NCBI GenBank assembly: GCA_964641545.1 | Contig: CAZXLT010000002.1 | Span: forward strand, 4,934 to 68,933 | Length of the DNA stretch: 64,000 bases | Direction: 5' to 3' | Source of the DNA: an uncultured Candidatus Saccharibacteria bacterium | GTDB lineage: Bacteria; Patescibacteriota; Saccharimonadia; Saccharimonadales; AWTP1-31 | In this document: piece after piece, positions 28,319 to 37,772 of the stretch | How the letters are laid out: each line of letters begins with the position of its first letter | How positions within the stretch are numbered: position 1 is the first letter of the stretch | Made by a program: the position numbers and the translations under genes | The notes under the pieces: generated by a model | The model's database searches: none | What the model saw: the letters and a program-made list of their open reading frames with translations, nothing else | Told to the model about the DNA's origin: nothing

Positions 28319-29596
28319 CTAAGAACACACAGCAGTTAGTATTCTAGATATACTTTTTCCCCATGGGAACTTTGCCGCTTGTCGTATGCCCTTTTGGCGC
28401 ATATTGTTACGTAATTCTTTGTTAGAAAGCTTTTCGTAGTTATCAATAATATCATGGAAATCCCGTATATAAATCGCAGCATCTTCTGCTATCTCAGCTA
28501 TTGAGGAATTTTTATACGTTAATACGGGTGTTCCATATCTCATGGCTTCAAGAATGGGCAGACCAAAACCCTCATAAAGGCTTGGGTATACTAATGCATG
28601 AGCATTTTTATATAGCCACTCTCGAACATTATCTGGAGCAAACCCAAGAAAATGAATTTGATCCAAGTAAGAGTCATGAAGTAAATACTTATGAAGTCTA
28701 GGTACTGGGATTGCTTTAGGGCCTTTCATTGTGTCTCCCGCTAGCACAAGGGTAACGTCCTCGCCCCTGGCCCTGAGATTATTATATGCTGCAACAAGCT
28801 CGATGATTTCTCTTCTTGGATCTGCACCGCCGACAAATAGTAAGAATTTCTTGTCTTTTAACTCAACTGGCTTCTGTATGTATTCCCAGCTTGTTGGTTG
28901 CCACTCATAAAAATCGGGAGTTTTTTCGTTTGTTTTGGCAGGACTAGAGTCTACGCCAAGGCGACAGACCACAATTTTTGACGAAGGAACACCTACGTGT
29001 TTTATGAAATCTTCTTTTGTATGTTCTGAAATTGCCAGAAGTTTATGAAATCTTCTTGCGATCAATTTTTGTTTCCTGACGTAATATTTGCGCGCATACG
29101 CGCAGCGAAGTGCGCTAATAATCCCCCTGCCGTTTGCGCGTGCCGTACCATAGTCCCACAGGTAATCTGTTTCCAGGATGTATGGTATGAGATCATATGT
29201 TATTTGGTAGGACAACACGCCACGTGGGGCGGGGCGGTTTTGATCAAATTGGATAAATCGGTCAATGCCACTTGTGTCAAACAGTTGTTTTTCACCAAAA
29301 TACAAAGACTTCTGTTCTATAAACTGATTAGCGATTGAGTTGAGCAGCTTTGCTTTACCGGGTAGTGACCATGATATCTTTTCTGCGCGTCGGAACTTAC
29401 GAATTTCGTACTCTAAATCTGAAAGGTTAAGAAGCTCCAGCGGATCGTAACTATCATTTTGTTCGATATAGAAAACAAATGAATGGGCTGCTCGGTCAGC
29501 TTTAGACATGTTGTTAATGAAATGTATAGCAGTGTGCCCAATGCCTCTTTCGCGGTGTGGTGTTTGTAGGACGCTTAGATCTACACCTATTTTCAT
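28319..29596 (-). CDS. glycosyltransferase, GT4 family
   Basis: EGFGLPILEAMRYGTPVLT motif. ATG 29596 (MKIGVDLS) forms an ATGA overlap with the upstream gene's stop, so it is preferred over the track start 29647. Confidence 0.75.
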   Translation of the reverse strand: MKIGVDLSVLQTPHRERGIGHTAIHFINNMSKADRAAHSFVFYIEQNDSYDPLELLNLSDLEYEIRKFRRAEKISWSLPGKAKLLNSIANQFIEQKSLYFGEKQLFDTSGIDRFIQFDQNRPAPRGVLSYQITYDLIPYILETDYLWDYGTARANGRGIISALRCAYARKYYVRKQKLIARRFHKLLAISEHTKEDFIKHVGVPSSKIVVCRLGVDSSPAKTNEKTPDFYEWQPTSWEYIQKPVELKDKKFLLFVGGADPRREIIELVAAYNNLRARGEDVTLVLAGDTMKGPKAIPVPRLHKYLLHDSYLDQIHFLGFAPDNVREWLYKNAHALVYPSLYEGFGLPILEAMRYGTPVLTYKNSSIAEIAEDAAIYIRDFHDIIDNYEKLSNKELRNNMRQKGIRQAAKFPWGKSISRILTAVCS

Positions 29597-30759
29597 AGTG
29601 CTTCCTTTTTCAGACGCTCCCAATAGACGGCCGCACTTTTCTCCCATGAGAATAACGATGCCCGTGAAGGACCTTTGACCAGGGCTGACTGCTTTACCGA
29701 TGAATATTGCTCCAGGTATTCTTCCATTTTTTTTGAGAATCCTTTTGTGTCAGTATGATCTAGCATTAGACCAGCGTCTCCTACTACTTCAGGCAACGAC
29801 GAGTTATCGGCGGTTATTACTGGTACCCCACAGGCCAATGCCTCCAGGGGCGGCATGCCAAAGCCTTCATAGTGACTTGGGTACACTAGCATCTTTGCGC
29901 CAGAAATGAGTGCCGGCTTGTCTCGATCGTGGACGTATTCTGATGGACGGACTATACTGTACCCGTCTTTTACTAGGTTGATAATCTTGCCAAAAAGTTT
30001 ATCCGTCTTCCATCCACTCACCCCTACCAACAAAAGAGAAATATTGTGTCGATATTTCTCTGGAAGAGCACAATATGCATCAACCAATGTTTCCAGGTTT
30101 TTTCGTGGCTCCAAATTAGACAACGCAAGAATATACTCTTTCGGTAATTCATACTTATCTTTTACCTTTTGAATTTCGCTTTCTGGACGCCTGAAAAAGA
30201 ATCGCTGGTCTGCAGCAGGGGTCGCTACCAATACTTTCTCGGAAGGAAGTTTATAGAATTCGCATATTTCTTGCTTTGCACTTTGCGAAATAGTAAAAAC
30301 CGTCTTTACTTGTTCGATAGAATGACGGGTTCCTTTCGATAAAAACGCAGCATTTTTATCATCTGAATACTCCTTGTGCAGCTCGAAGGATAAATCGTAG
30401 AGAATAACAGCCGATTTGCTAAAAAGTAGTGGCATAGTGACAAAACGTGTAAAAACGTAGAAGCCCGGACCACACAAAAGATCCAACGGAGGCATTTTTT
30501 GCCTGTGCCATAAAGCCGCAGCGTAACGAAACGGAATAGGAATTTTTTTTGCCCGAATGTGTTTAAAGCCAAACTTGTTAAAACGCTTTTCCTCGTCGAA
30601 GGGTATAACTACGCGTACGTCAGGAGTTGCCAAACCTGCTAACTTGTCTTTCTCTATCAGGTGGTCTAGCCCTCTGAGTATCCCTAAAATGTACTGCCCG
30701 ATACCGCTGAAATGCCCGTCAACTAACCCAAGTCCTTCAATAAATATAGTTTTTGACAT
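29593..30759 (-). CDS. glycosyltransferase, GT4 family
   Basis: 388 aa. EGFGMPPLEALACGVPVITADNSSLPEV motif. Confidence 0.75.
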   Translation of the reverse strand: MSKTIFIEGLGLVDGHFSGIGQYILGILRGLDHLIEKDKLAGLATPDVRVVIPFDEEKRFNKFGFKHIRAKKIPIPFRYAAALWHRQKMPPLDLLCGPGFYVFTRFVTMPLLFSKSAVILYDLSFELHKEYSDDKNAAFLSKGTRHSIEQVKTVFTISQSAKQEICEFYKLPSEKVLVATPAADQRFFFRRPESEIQKVKDKYELPKEYILALSNLEPRKNLETLVDAYCALPEKYRHNISLLLVGVSGWKTDKLFGKIINLVKDGYSIVRPSEYVHDRDKPALISGAKMLVYPSHYEGFGMPPLEALACGVPVITADNSSLPEVVGDAGLMLDHTDTKGFSKKMEEYLEQYSSVKQSALVKGPSRASLFSWEKSAAVYWERLKKEAL

Positions 30760-30868
30760 TTACCTACTATAATAGCAAAATCCCACTACCTATAGCTACG
30801 ACTAATATTTTTTGAGTTGATCTTTAAACAAGTTAAAATAGGACAATGACTAGTAAGAAAGAAGTTGT

Positions 30869-31975
30869 GTGATTTTATTCGTTTATGGTACCACTGGCGA
30901 GCTCATTAAGTTGCTGCCGCTAATTAAAGAGATCGAAAAAAAAGAATACATATCGGTTTGTACGTATCAGCAACCAAGACAACTACAGCAACTTTTTAAA
31001 GCAAGTAAACTTAGTCTCCCAGAAATAGCAATTGGGCAAAAAACGACTGCGAAAGACTTGGAGAGTTTGTGGCGGGTACCCTGGTGGCTGGTGTGCGTAG
31101 GGGTCGGTTTTTTAAAAAACCGTAAAAATATCAAAAAAACCCTGAACCAATCAAAAACTAAGCCGCTGATCATTGTGCATGGAGATACAATGACAACCCT
31201 ACTAGGAGCTGTAATGGGCAAAATACTGCGCGTTCATGTTGCGCACATCGAAGCTGGGCTGAGAAGCTATAATTGGCGGCATCCTTTTCCTGAAGAGATA
31301 AACAGAATAATGACATCAAAAATGGCAAGAACACACTTTGCACCCGGTAAGACTCCAATAGCAAATCTTAAAAAAGCCGGGACAAAAGGAACCATTATTA
31401 ACACGACGTACAATACTGTTTTGGACAGCCTCCGACTTGCACAAAAAGCTAAGATCACTACTAAGCACCAACTGCCAAAAAAGTACTGCCTTATCTCTAT
31501 CCATCGCAATGAGTTACTCGCGCAGCCAAAAGAATTAGAAAAAATTCTAAAGAAAATATCAAAATTTTCGGAAACAATGCCAGTAGTTTTTTTGGACCAC
31601 CCAATTACCGAAGAGCGCATACAATCACTCAGTATCGGTGGTTTGCTAGAAAAAAAGAACATTACTAGATTGCACAAACTGGGCTATTTTGACTTTATTT
31701 CACTGCTCGCAAAAGCAGAATGTGTCATTACGGATAGTGGAGGTCTTCAGGAAGAGACGGCCTATCTGGGGATTCCTTGTCTTGTGCATAGAAAAGCAAC
31801 AGAAAGACAAGAAGGTCTTGGGGAAAATGTTGTTCTCTCGTATTACAACGAGACAGCAGTTGATGACTTTATGCGTAACTTCAAAAAGTACAAACGAGCT
31901 GGAGTCGATGCATCACATAGCCCAGTAAAGGTAATAACGAAAGAGTTAAAAAAGTCTGGATTTATTAAAGATTAG
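30869..31975 (+). CDS. UDP-N-acetylglucosamine 2-epimerase family protein (WecB-like)
   Basis: GTG start. Motifs are FVYGTTGELIKLLP, VHGDTMTTLLGA, HIEAGLRSYNWRHPFPEEINR and TDSGGLQEE. Confidence 0.8.
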   Translation: MILFVYGTTGELIKLLPLIKEIEKKEYISVCTYQQPRQLQQLFKASKLSLPEIAIGQKTTAKDLESLWRVPWWLVCVGVGFLKNRKNIKKTLNQSKTKPLIIVHGDTMTTLLGAVMGKILRVHVAHIEAGLRSYNWRHPFPEEINRIMTSKMARTHFAPGKTPIANLKKAGTKGTIINTTYNTVLDSLRLAQKAKITTKHQLPKKYCLISIHRNELLAQPKELEKILKKISKFSETMPVVFLDHPITEERIQSLSIGGLLEKKNITRLHKLGYFDFISLLAKAECVITDSGGLQEETAYLGIPCLVHRKATERQEGLGENVVLSYYNETAVDDFMRNFKKYKRAGVDASHSPVKVITKELKKSGFIKD

Positions 31976-34065
31976 GTCTGTGAATCGAGATTGCAAATTT
32001 GGGCATAACCAAGCTTTTCAGAATTGATACTGTACTGTTTTAATGGACTGTCTGTCCGAATGTTTTCAAGATTGACACGGACGACCTCTTCCTTTTGTGT
32101 AAAAGTGATATCTGCAAGAATAGAACTGTCTTGACTAATTAATGTGCGTTGACCTGGTTGGCCTTTAACGTCAAGACCTCCAGAAAAACTATGCACCACG
32201 GAGGATTTATTAAGTTGCCTAAATCCAATTATACCAATTTGGGTGGCAGGCATTCTACAGCTCACCTGGGTTGATTTACTAATAACTGGCATTTGGTAAC
32301 TTGCGTCTGGCACTAATATGGTTGTTCTCGCTTTCACAGATGGCTTAACCTGTGAAACTCGAGCCCCATAAGTGCCATGGAGGGGGATTAAATCATTGCT
32401 AACCGATGTTGGCATTTGGTAGGTCAGCACATGATTTATGCCAAGTGTCTTTAGCGCTCCAAGTGTTTGTGGGTCTTTAATCCCTGACATCGCATAATGA
32501 AGCAAGGCGTTACTGTCGACCGACTTGTAGCTGTTAAATAAAGGCTTCTTATGAACAAGCTGATCTGCAAAGTAAGAACTATTCAAATGCGTAGGATCGA
32601 CCAACGGATATGCAGCAACCGATTGTATCTCGGGCTGTTTCCCAAGCCAGGAGTAGGTATCACTAAAGTCGGTAAGCGACCACTCATCGTCTCTTGAAAT
32701 GGGGTTGATTGGAAGCATCTCGAAAATAAGAATTGCCAAAATCAATACACTAACGGTCAGCCGCCTATGCCTACTTTTAATAAGCAAAAGTAGATGGTGA
32801 AAACCAATTGCCGCAATTGTCACAAGAGCTAGGTTAACAACAAGGTACAGACGAGCGTAAACCCTCCAGAAGCTAGTGACCATACCAATAACTCTAGAAG
32901 GCATTACGAAGTCGATACCAAAAAGTTCAACATAGGGTACGAGACTCACAAAAAATGCAAAACCTAGGACAACAATGCTAAGACCGACCACCCAGGAACT
33001 ATCAAGATATTTCTTTGGGATTTTCTTTGTTTTCCAGAATCTCCATACGCCAAGACCAGCCAAGAAAAGTACCGAGTAACCAAGGTACAGGTGGTACTCA
33101 CCTTTATTGGAATATATATGTGAATCCCTATAGTCTCTAGCAAGATCTCGGATGAGGCCAACCGGATGTTCTTGTGAAGGGACAAAGTAGTCAGGCAACT
33201 GTGCCCCATATGTTTTTAGTTCTAGCAGCAAGTTGCCTCGAACGGTGCCAAGATTTGTACCAATTTGTGATCCGTAACGTAGCTTTACAAAAACAATCGG
33301 TAGCAACAGAACACATGCAACAACAGAACTAACCAAGAGGTGCATTAGGCGTATCTTTGATTCAGCAGTGAGCTTTCGCCTTTTTTTGTACTCTAAACCG
33401 AGAGAACCTAGCACGTAGCTGCCAATCCCAGCAAGCATAATGCCACCGATCATAGGGAAGTAGCCATCGGTATAAAACAAGAGGGCAACACAAGTAGCAA
33501 AAACGAGACTCAAAATGCGGCTTGGCTTTCTCCACAAAGCGATAAATGACCAAAGAATTGCGACAAACAGTTCGGAATGTACGTACGAAAGATGCCCGTG
33601 GGTTTTAAAGTAATGATATGGGGTAAACGCGACTGCTGTGGCCGCAAAAAGAGCTACGCTACGCCTCTTTGTTAGCCAATAAATAAAGCAGTACATTGCT
33701 GCAAAACTTAGTAAGTACCCAGATAAAACCATAAGATTCCAGCTACAAATTGGGCCGACCAGCTTGCTCGCTATCCAACCAGGAACCATCAGAGTTGCGT
33801 TCGTAACAAGTTGTGGCTGGGTTATATTTTCGGAATAAGGATAGTTGCTAAGATGACTGATTCCGCCATAGGGTTTACTACCAATGTTAAAAACGGAAAT
33901 AATCCCTGAAAGATGATCGCCCCCGACCGAACCAATAACTGTTGTCTTGCAGCTCGTCAGAGACTGCCCCATAAATGCCCAGCTTAGGATAAACGGCAGT
34001 ACTAGTGCTATAAAATGAACCCGGATGACAGCGAGGGCTTTATTTAAACGACCACTTTTTTTCAT
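31972..34065 (-). CDS. large polytopic membrane protein with a C-terminal extracytoplasmic domain (GT-C-like glycosyltransferase candidate)
   Basis: 697 aa. About 12 hydrophobic helices in the first ~450 aa, then a ~240-aa soluble domain. It is divergent from a polyprenol-phosphate GT2 gene. The family call is by architecture only. Confidence 0.4.
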   Translation of the reverse strand: MKKSGRLNKALAVIRVHFIALVLPFILSWAFMGQSLTSCKTTVIGSVGGDHLSGIISVFNIGSKPYGGISHLSNYPYSENITQPQLVTNATLMVPGWIASKLVGPICSWNLMVLSGYLLSFAAMYCFIYWLTKRRSVALFAATAVAFTPYHYFKTHGHLSYVHSELFVAILWSFIALWRKPSRILSLVFATCVALLFYTDGYFPMIGGIMLAGIGSYVLGSLGLEYKKRRKLTAESKIRLMHLLVSSVVACVLLLPIVFVKLRYGSQIGTNLGTVRGNLLLELKTYGAQLPDYFVPSQEHPVGLIRDLARDYRDSHIYSNKGEYHLYLGYSVLFLAGLGVWRFWKTKKIPKKYLDSSWVVGLSIVVLGFAFFVSLVPYVELFGIDFVMPSRVIGMVTSFWRVYARLYLVVNLALVTIAAIGFHHLLLLIKSRHRRLTVSVLILAILIFEMLPINPISRDDEWSLTDFSDTYSWLGKQPEIQSVAAYPLVDPTHLNSSYFADQLVHKKPLFNSYKSVDSNALLHYAMSGIKDPQTLGALKTLGINHVLTYQMPTSVSNDLIPLHGTYGARVSQVKPSVKARTTILVPDASYQMPVISKSTQVSCRMPATQIGIIGFRQLNKSSVVHSFSGGLDVKGQPGQRTLISQDSSILADITFTQKEEVVRVNLENIRTDSPLKQYSINSEKLGYAQICNLDSQT

Positions 34066-34086
34066 CTCTTCTATAATACCAAGTTC

Positions 34087-35106
34087 TTGAGTACTGCTAT
34101 ACTTAATCTATATAAGCAAGAGGCGGATATATTGAGTGCAAATTTGCTAACTAAGAAAACAGTTAATAAGCTTAGTGTTGTCGTGCCGCTGTACAACGAA
34201 GAGTCAGTGCTTAATGATTTTTTTCATCTACTTTCAGCAGAGTTAGACAGACTCAAAGTTTCTCAGTACGAAGTGCTACTCGTTAATGATGGAAGCAAAG
34301 ACAAAACTAGAGAAATCGCGGCATCAATTACAAAAAATAACAACAAGAGTCGGTTGATAAACTTCACTAGAAACTTTGGCAAAGAGGCGGCCCTTACGGC
34401 AGGGTTAAGAGAGGCGAAAGGGGATGCTGTGCTTTTGATTGACGCAGATGGGCAACACCCACCGTCAAAAATAAGCTCACTGCTCGACGAGTACGCAAAG
34501 GGCTTCGACATGGTTATTGGTGTCCGCACAGACAACATGGACGAAAGCGGAATCAAGAAAATTGGCAACAAATTCTATTACAGGCTTCTAAAACTGTCTG
34601 GCATCCATTATCTACAACCGAGAGTAACAGACTTTAGAATTCTTAGCAGGGAAGTAGTTGATGTTTTTTCACAATTTCAAGAACGACGAAGAATAACACG
34701 AGGGCTTCTAGACTGGCTAGGTTTTAACACAAGTTATGTAGAATTTAAATCTCCCACACGAATTGCTGGGCAAGCGTCCTATAGCACCAAAAAACTAGCC
34801 TACTTAGCAGTGGATAGCATACTCTCTAATAGTCGTAAGCCTCTTGTACTATCTTTACTCGTCGGGTTACTGATGTGTGGGCTTTCATCATTATCAGCGG
34901 TCTTCATTACTATCGAGAGTTTTGTTCTGGACGATCCACTAGGCTTGGGGTTCTCGGGCGCATCTGTGCTCCTTCTGCTCGCCATATTTCTTATTGGTAT
35001 GGTAATGATTTCACAGGGAATAGCGTCACTATACCTGGCGCGTATTTATGAAGAAGCACAAGATAGACCGTTATATGTTATAGACAGATCGCAAAGTTCT
35101 AGTTAG
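34087..35106 (+). CDS. GT2 polyprenol-phosphate glycosyltransferase (GtrB/ArnC-like) with C-terminal TM helices
   Basis: Motifs are LSVVVPLYNEESVL, LLVNDGSKDKT and LIDADGQHPP. Two C-terminal TM helices are present. The track start is a non-ATG codon. Confidence 0.75.
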   Translation: MSTAILNLYKQEADILSANLLTKKTVNKLSVVVPLYNEESVLNDFFHLLSAELDRLKVSQYEVLLVNDGSKDKTREIAASITKNNNKSRLINFTRNFGKEAALTAGLREAKGDAVLLIDADGQHPPSKISSLLDEYAKGFDMVIGVRTDNMDESGIKKIGNKFYYRLLKLSGIHYLQPRVTDFRILSREVVDVFSQFQERRRITRGLLDWLGFNTSYVEFKSPTRIAGQASYSTKKLAYLAVDSILSNSRKPLVLSLLVGLLMCGLSSLSAVFITIESFVLDDPLGLGFSGASVLLLLAIFLIGMVMISQGIASLYLARIYEEAQDRPLYVIDRSQSSS

Positions 35107-37181
35107 TCTCCGCCACCCGCTATTCTGAGGTTGCTCCATAACCATCCCTGGCTAGGGAACTGCCAAGCAACCCAGCTCTGATCAGATTGCTGCAGCCCGC
35201 TTGAAGAACCTTTAAGAACGTGTCTTACGGCTTCGTTGCCAGGTCCTTGGTGAAAAGCTACAAGATCAAGGTACGAGTCGCCATTAACATTTGTTGGCAC
35301 AGGCTTTGTTTGTTTGAATGTCCAGCCACCATAAGCCGGACCAAGCGTTTGCTGAAACAGGGGTTCTCCAAGTCCTGAGTTAGACCCAGGATAAAGCCAA
35401 ACATTGAATGTCTTTCCGTCTGGGAAGATCGAGAACACCACCAGGTCATCTTTTCCGTCACCGTTGTAGTCTCCGCCTCCACCGGCGATTTTTAGGTTGC
35501 TCCACAACCATCCCTGGCTAGGGAACTGCCAGCCTACCATACTAGCATCAGAGGCCTGTATACCGGTTGACGAGCCTTTGAGTACGCTCCTAACGACTTC
35601 ATTGTCGGGTCCCTGGTGCAATACCACAAGATCCATGTAGGTGTCACCGTTAACATTAGTCACGGTTGTTTTTGCTTTCTTGAAATTCCACCCACCGTTA
35701 TTTGGGCCTAGGGACTGTTGTAGGGTGGGATTTTGTAGCCCAGATGAAGAGCCGTTATAAAGCCAAACATTAAAGGACTGTCCATTAGGGTCGACAGAGA
35801 TCACTGAGACGTCTCCATACCCATCGCCATTGAAGTCTCCGCCACCCGCTATTCTGAGGTTGCTCCATAACCATCCCTGGCTAGGGAACTGCCAAGCAAC
35901 CCAGCTCTGATCAGATTGCTGCAGCCCGCTTGAAGAACCTTTAAGAACGTGCCGTGTTACTTCATTATTAGGTCCCTGGTGGAGTGCCACTAAGTCCATA
36001 TAGGCGTCGCCATTAACGTTCGCAACACCGAACTTTGCTCTTGAAAAATCCCAACCACCAAAAGATGGACCAAGCGTATACTGAAACTGTGGGTTACTAA
36101 GCCCCGTCGAAGAACCCTTGTATAGCCAAACATTAAAGGTGCGTCCATCTGGAAACTCTGAGAACGAAACTATATCTCCAAACCCATCACCATTAAAGTC
36201 CCCTGAATAGGTTATTGCTTCGTTCATACTATTGGGGGGGCACCCCCACCGAATTGGACGTCCGGCATCGATTACGCATAGGTCATACTTATTTACGATA
36301 CCGTCATTATCATTGTCAAAGGCAGGGTCATAAAATGTGGGACCAAACCAATCAATAAACAATCGCCAAAAGTTACGGTTACCGTACGCACTGCACCCAT
36401 CGCCACTTCCATACAAGTTGTTTAGTGCTGCTGCGTTTGGCTGGTACGGGGTGTAGTTATATAACCCTGCTGTTGCGGAATTTTCAATGAAGACATTTGT
36501 TCCTCCACAACCGGCGTTAGGATTGTATTGAACGTATGCGTTTCGATTTGCACGATAGTTAAATAAATAGGAGTCCTTGGCATATCTTTTGAATTGTCGC
36601 GCTCCAGCATATACCTGATTGAAAAAGCCATAGTATTCAGCATCGCATGGCGCAGTGTCTGGGCAGCCATAACCCATGGCACTTCGATACTGAGTAGACC
36701 AAGGCCAATCATCAGTAATCAAAGACTGCTCTTTTTGGAGCATAACAATAAGTGCTTGCGGGTTGATGCCACAGCTTTGTGCGACATCGTAGATAATACG
36801 TGCAGCAGTTCGGTTGCCGGCAGAAAGTCCACTGCAAAGACCTTCCTCGGGGTTTTTAGTAGGAGTAGATTCTGAGTAATCTTTCAGACAAGTATAGGGT
36901 GGGGGGTGGCCAACGCTAGCTCCGTATGCGGCACGCGTGGTGTTACCGCGAGGCTGTGCCCCATTAGTGTCACACACAGGGACTTTGCTGTTTAGAAATG
37001 CTTGTATGCCTTCAAGACTCATGGAGTATCGGTTGTAGAAAACGGCATCATCAATGATATTGCCTGGGCGAAACTCTGAGCCAGAAAGCGCACTTGCTTT
37101 GTTTGGTAGAATGCCAAGACCAAGCAAACAGAAAGAAGAGACTGCTGCTACCAGTAGCATTTTTTGAATTAGGTGTTTCAT
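35103..37181 (-). CDS. secreted protein: conserved N-terminal Cys-rich domain (LQKEQSL motif) plus six FG-GAP/VCBS-like calcium-binding repeats
   Basis: Signal peptide MKHLIQKMLLVAAVSSFCLLGLGILPNKASA. The repeats carry GDFNGDGFGDIV, NVNGDAYMDLV, GDFNGDGYGDVS, NVNGDTYMDLV, GDYNGDGKDDLV and NVNGDSYLDLV, arranged as three ~121-aa units. A DNDNDGIVNKYD motif is also present. Confidence 0.65.
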   Translation of the reverse strand: MKHLIQKMLLVAAVSSFCLLGLGILPNKASALSGSEFRPGNIIDDAVFYNRYSMSLEGIQAFLNSKVPVCDTNGAQPRGNTTRAAYGASVGHPPPYTCLKDYSESTPTKNPEEGLCSGLSAGNRTAARIIYDVAQSCGINPQALIVMLQKEQSLITDDWPWSTQYRSAMGYGCPDTAPCDAEYYGFFNQVYAGARQFKRYAKDSYLFNYRANRNAYVQYNPNAGCGGTNVFIENSATAGLYNYTPYQPNAAALNNLYGSGDGCSAYGNRNFWRLFIDWFGPTFYDPAFDNDNDGIVNKYDLCVIDAGRPIRWGCPPNSMNEAITYSGDFNGDGFGDIVSFSEFPDGRTFNVWLYKGSSTGLSNPQFQYTLGPSFGGWDFSRAKFGVANVNGDAYMDLVALHQGPNNEVTRHVLKGSSSGLQQSDQSWVAWQFPSQGWLWSNLRIAGGGDFNGDGYGDVSVISVDPNGQSFNVWLYNGSSSGLQNPTLQQSLGPNNGGWNFKKAKTTVTNVNGDTYMDLVVLHQGPDNEVVRSVLKGSSTGIQASDASMVGWQFPSQGWLWSNLKIAGGGGDYNGDGKDDLVVFSIFPDGKTFNVWLYPGSNSGLGEPLFQQTLGPAYGGWTFKQTKPVPTNVNGDSYLDLVAFHQGPGNEAVRHVLKGSSSGLQQSDQSWVAWQFPSQGWLWSNLRIAGGGD
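35106..35222. repeat. 117-bp perfect direct repeat, copy 1 (inside the FG-GAP gene)
   Basis: gtctccgccacccgctattctgaggttgctccataaccatccctggctagggaactgccaag...aagaacgtg is identical to 35835-35951. The offset is 729 bp, which equals two repeat units. Confidence 0.85.
35835..35951. repeat. 117-bp perfect direct repeat, copy 2 (inside the FG-GAP gene)
   Basis: Identical by eye to 35106-35222. The intervening unit (~35465-35590) shares only a ~40-bp core (aggttgctccaNaaccatccctggctagggaactgcca). Confidence 0.85.
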
Positions 37182-37735
37182 TTTATAATTACTTCCTTCG
37201 ATTCTGATGCCCCTTCCGCGGTTGTTGATGTGTATTTAACCTGTGCCAGCCAAGTTCCAGCATTAGGGATTTCTGATCGTTCCACCAAGAATAATGGACA
37301 GCTTGTAGTCGTAGCATCTTTTACCCCAGTTGTTTTCTTGGTGAGCATCTGCGAGCCGCGACTTAGCGTAAGTGTGCAGTCGCCCCCATCTTCGAATACT
37401 CCGCTTACAAAAGAACGTACCTCAAGGCGTTGTTCATATTGATTCGCATCTGTGATAATTGGCTTAACCTGCTTAAGTGACGCGCTGCTGTTGGTGGCCG
37501 AAGAGTCTTGCTTATCTTTGTCAACAATAACATCCTTAGTATCTTCTGCCGCTTGCTTTTCCTCTTTTGTAGGAGGATCATAATTTACGTTCTCTGCAGG
37601 GTTTTGTGAAACATTTTGAGAGCTATTGCTCCGAATAATAGCGAACGCCCCACCGCCCAGTGCAACCAGCGTAACAGCACAAAACACGACCATTTTTTTA
37701 CTAAGCTTTTTGTTTTTAAGGGTAAACATAGCCAA
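37178..37735 (-). CDS. hypothetical membrane-anchored secreted protein
   Basis: 185 aa. TM helix MVVFCAVTLVALGGGAFAII, a low-complexity linker and a small Cys-containing C-domain. The stop overlaps the FG-GAP gene's start by 4 nt. Confidence 0.45.
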   Translation of the reverse strand: MAMFTLKNKKLSKKMVVFCAVTLVALGGGAFAIIRSNSSQNVSQNPAENVNYDPPTKEEKQAAEDTKDVIVDKDKQDSSATNSSASLKQVKPIITDANQYEQRLEVRSFVSGVFEDGGDCTLTLSRGSQMLTKKTTGVKDATTTSCPLFLVERSEIPNAGTWLAQVKYTSTTAEGASESKEVIIK

Positions 37736-37772
37736 TTTATAATACCATGCTTATGCTTGCTGAGCAATGAGC

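Noticed and set aside
35106-35951. Reading the 117-bp repeat pair as the template/variable repeats of a diversity-generating retroelement (DGRs are common in CPR genomes)
   Set aside because: The two copies are identical, including at adenines, and both lie in-frame in the same gene as part of a protein-level tandem repeat. No reverse transcriptase or Avd-like gene is nearby.
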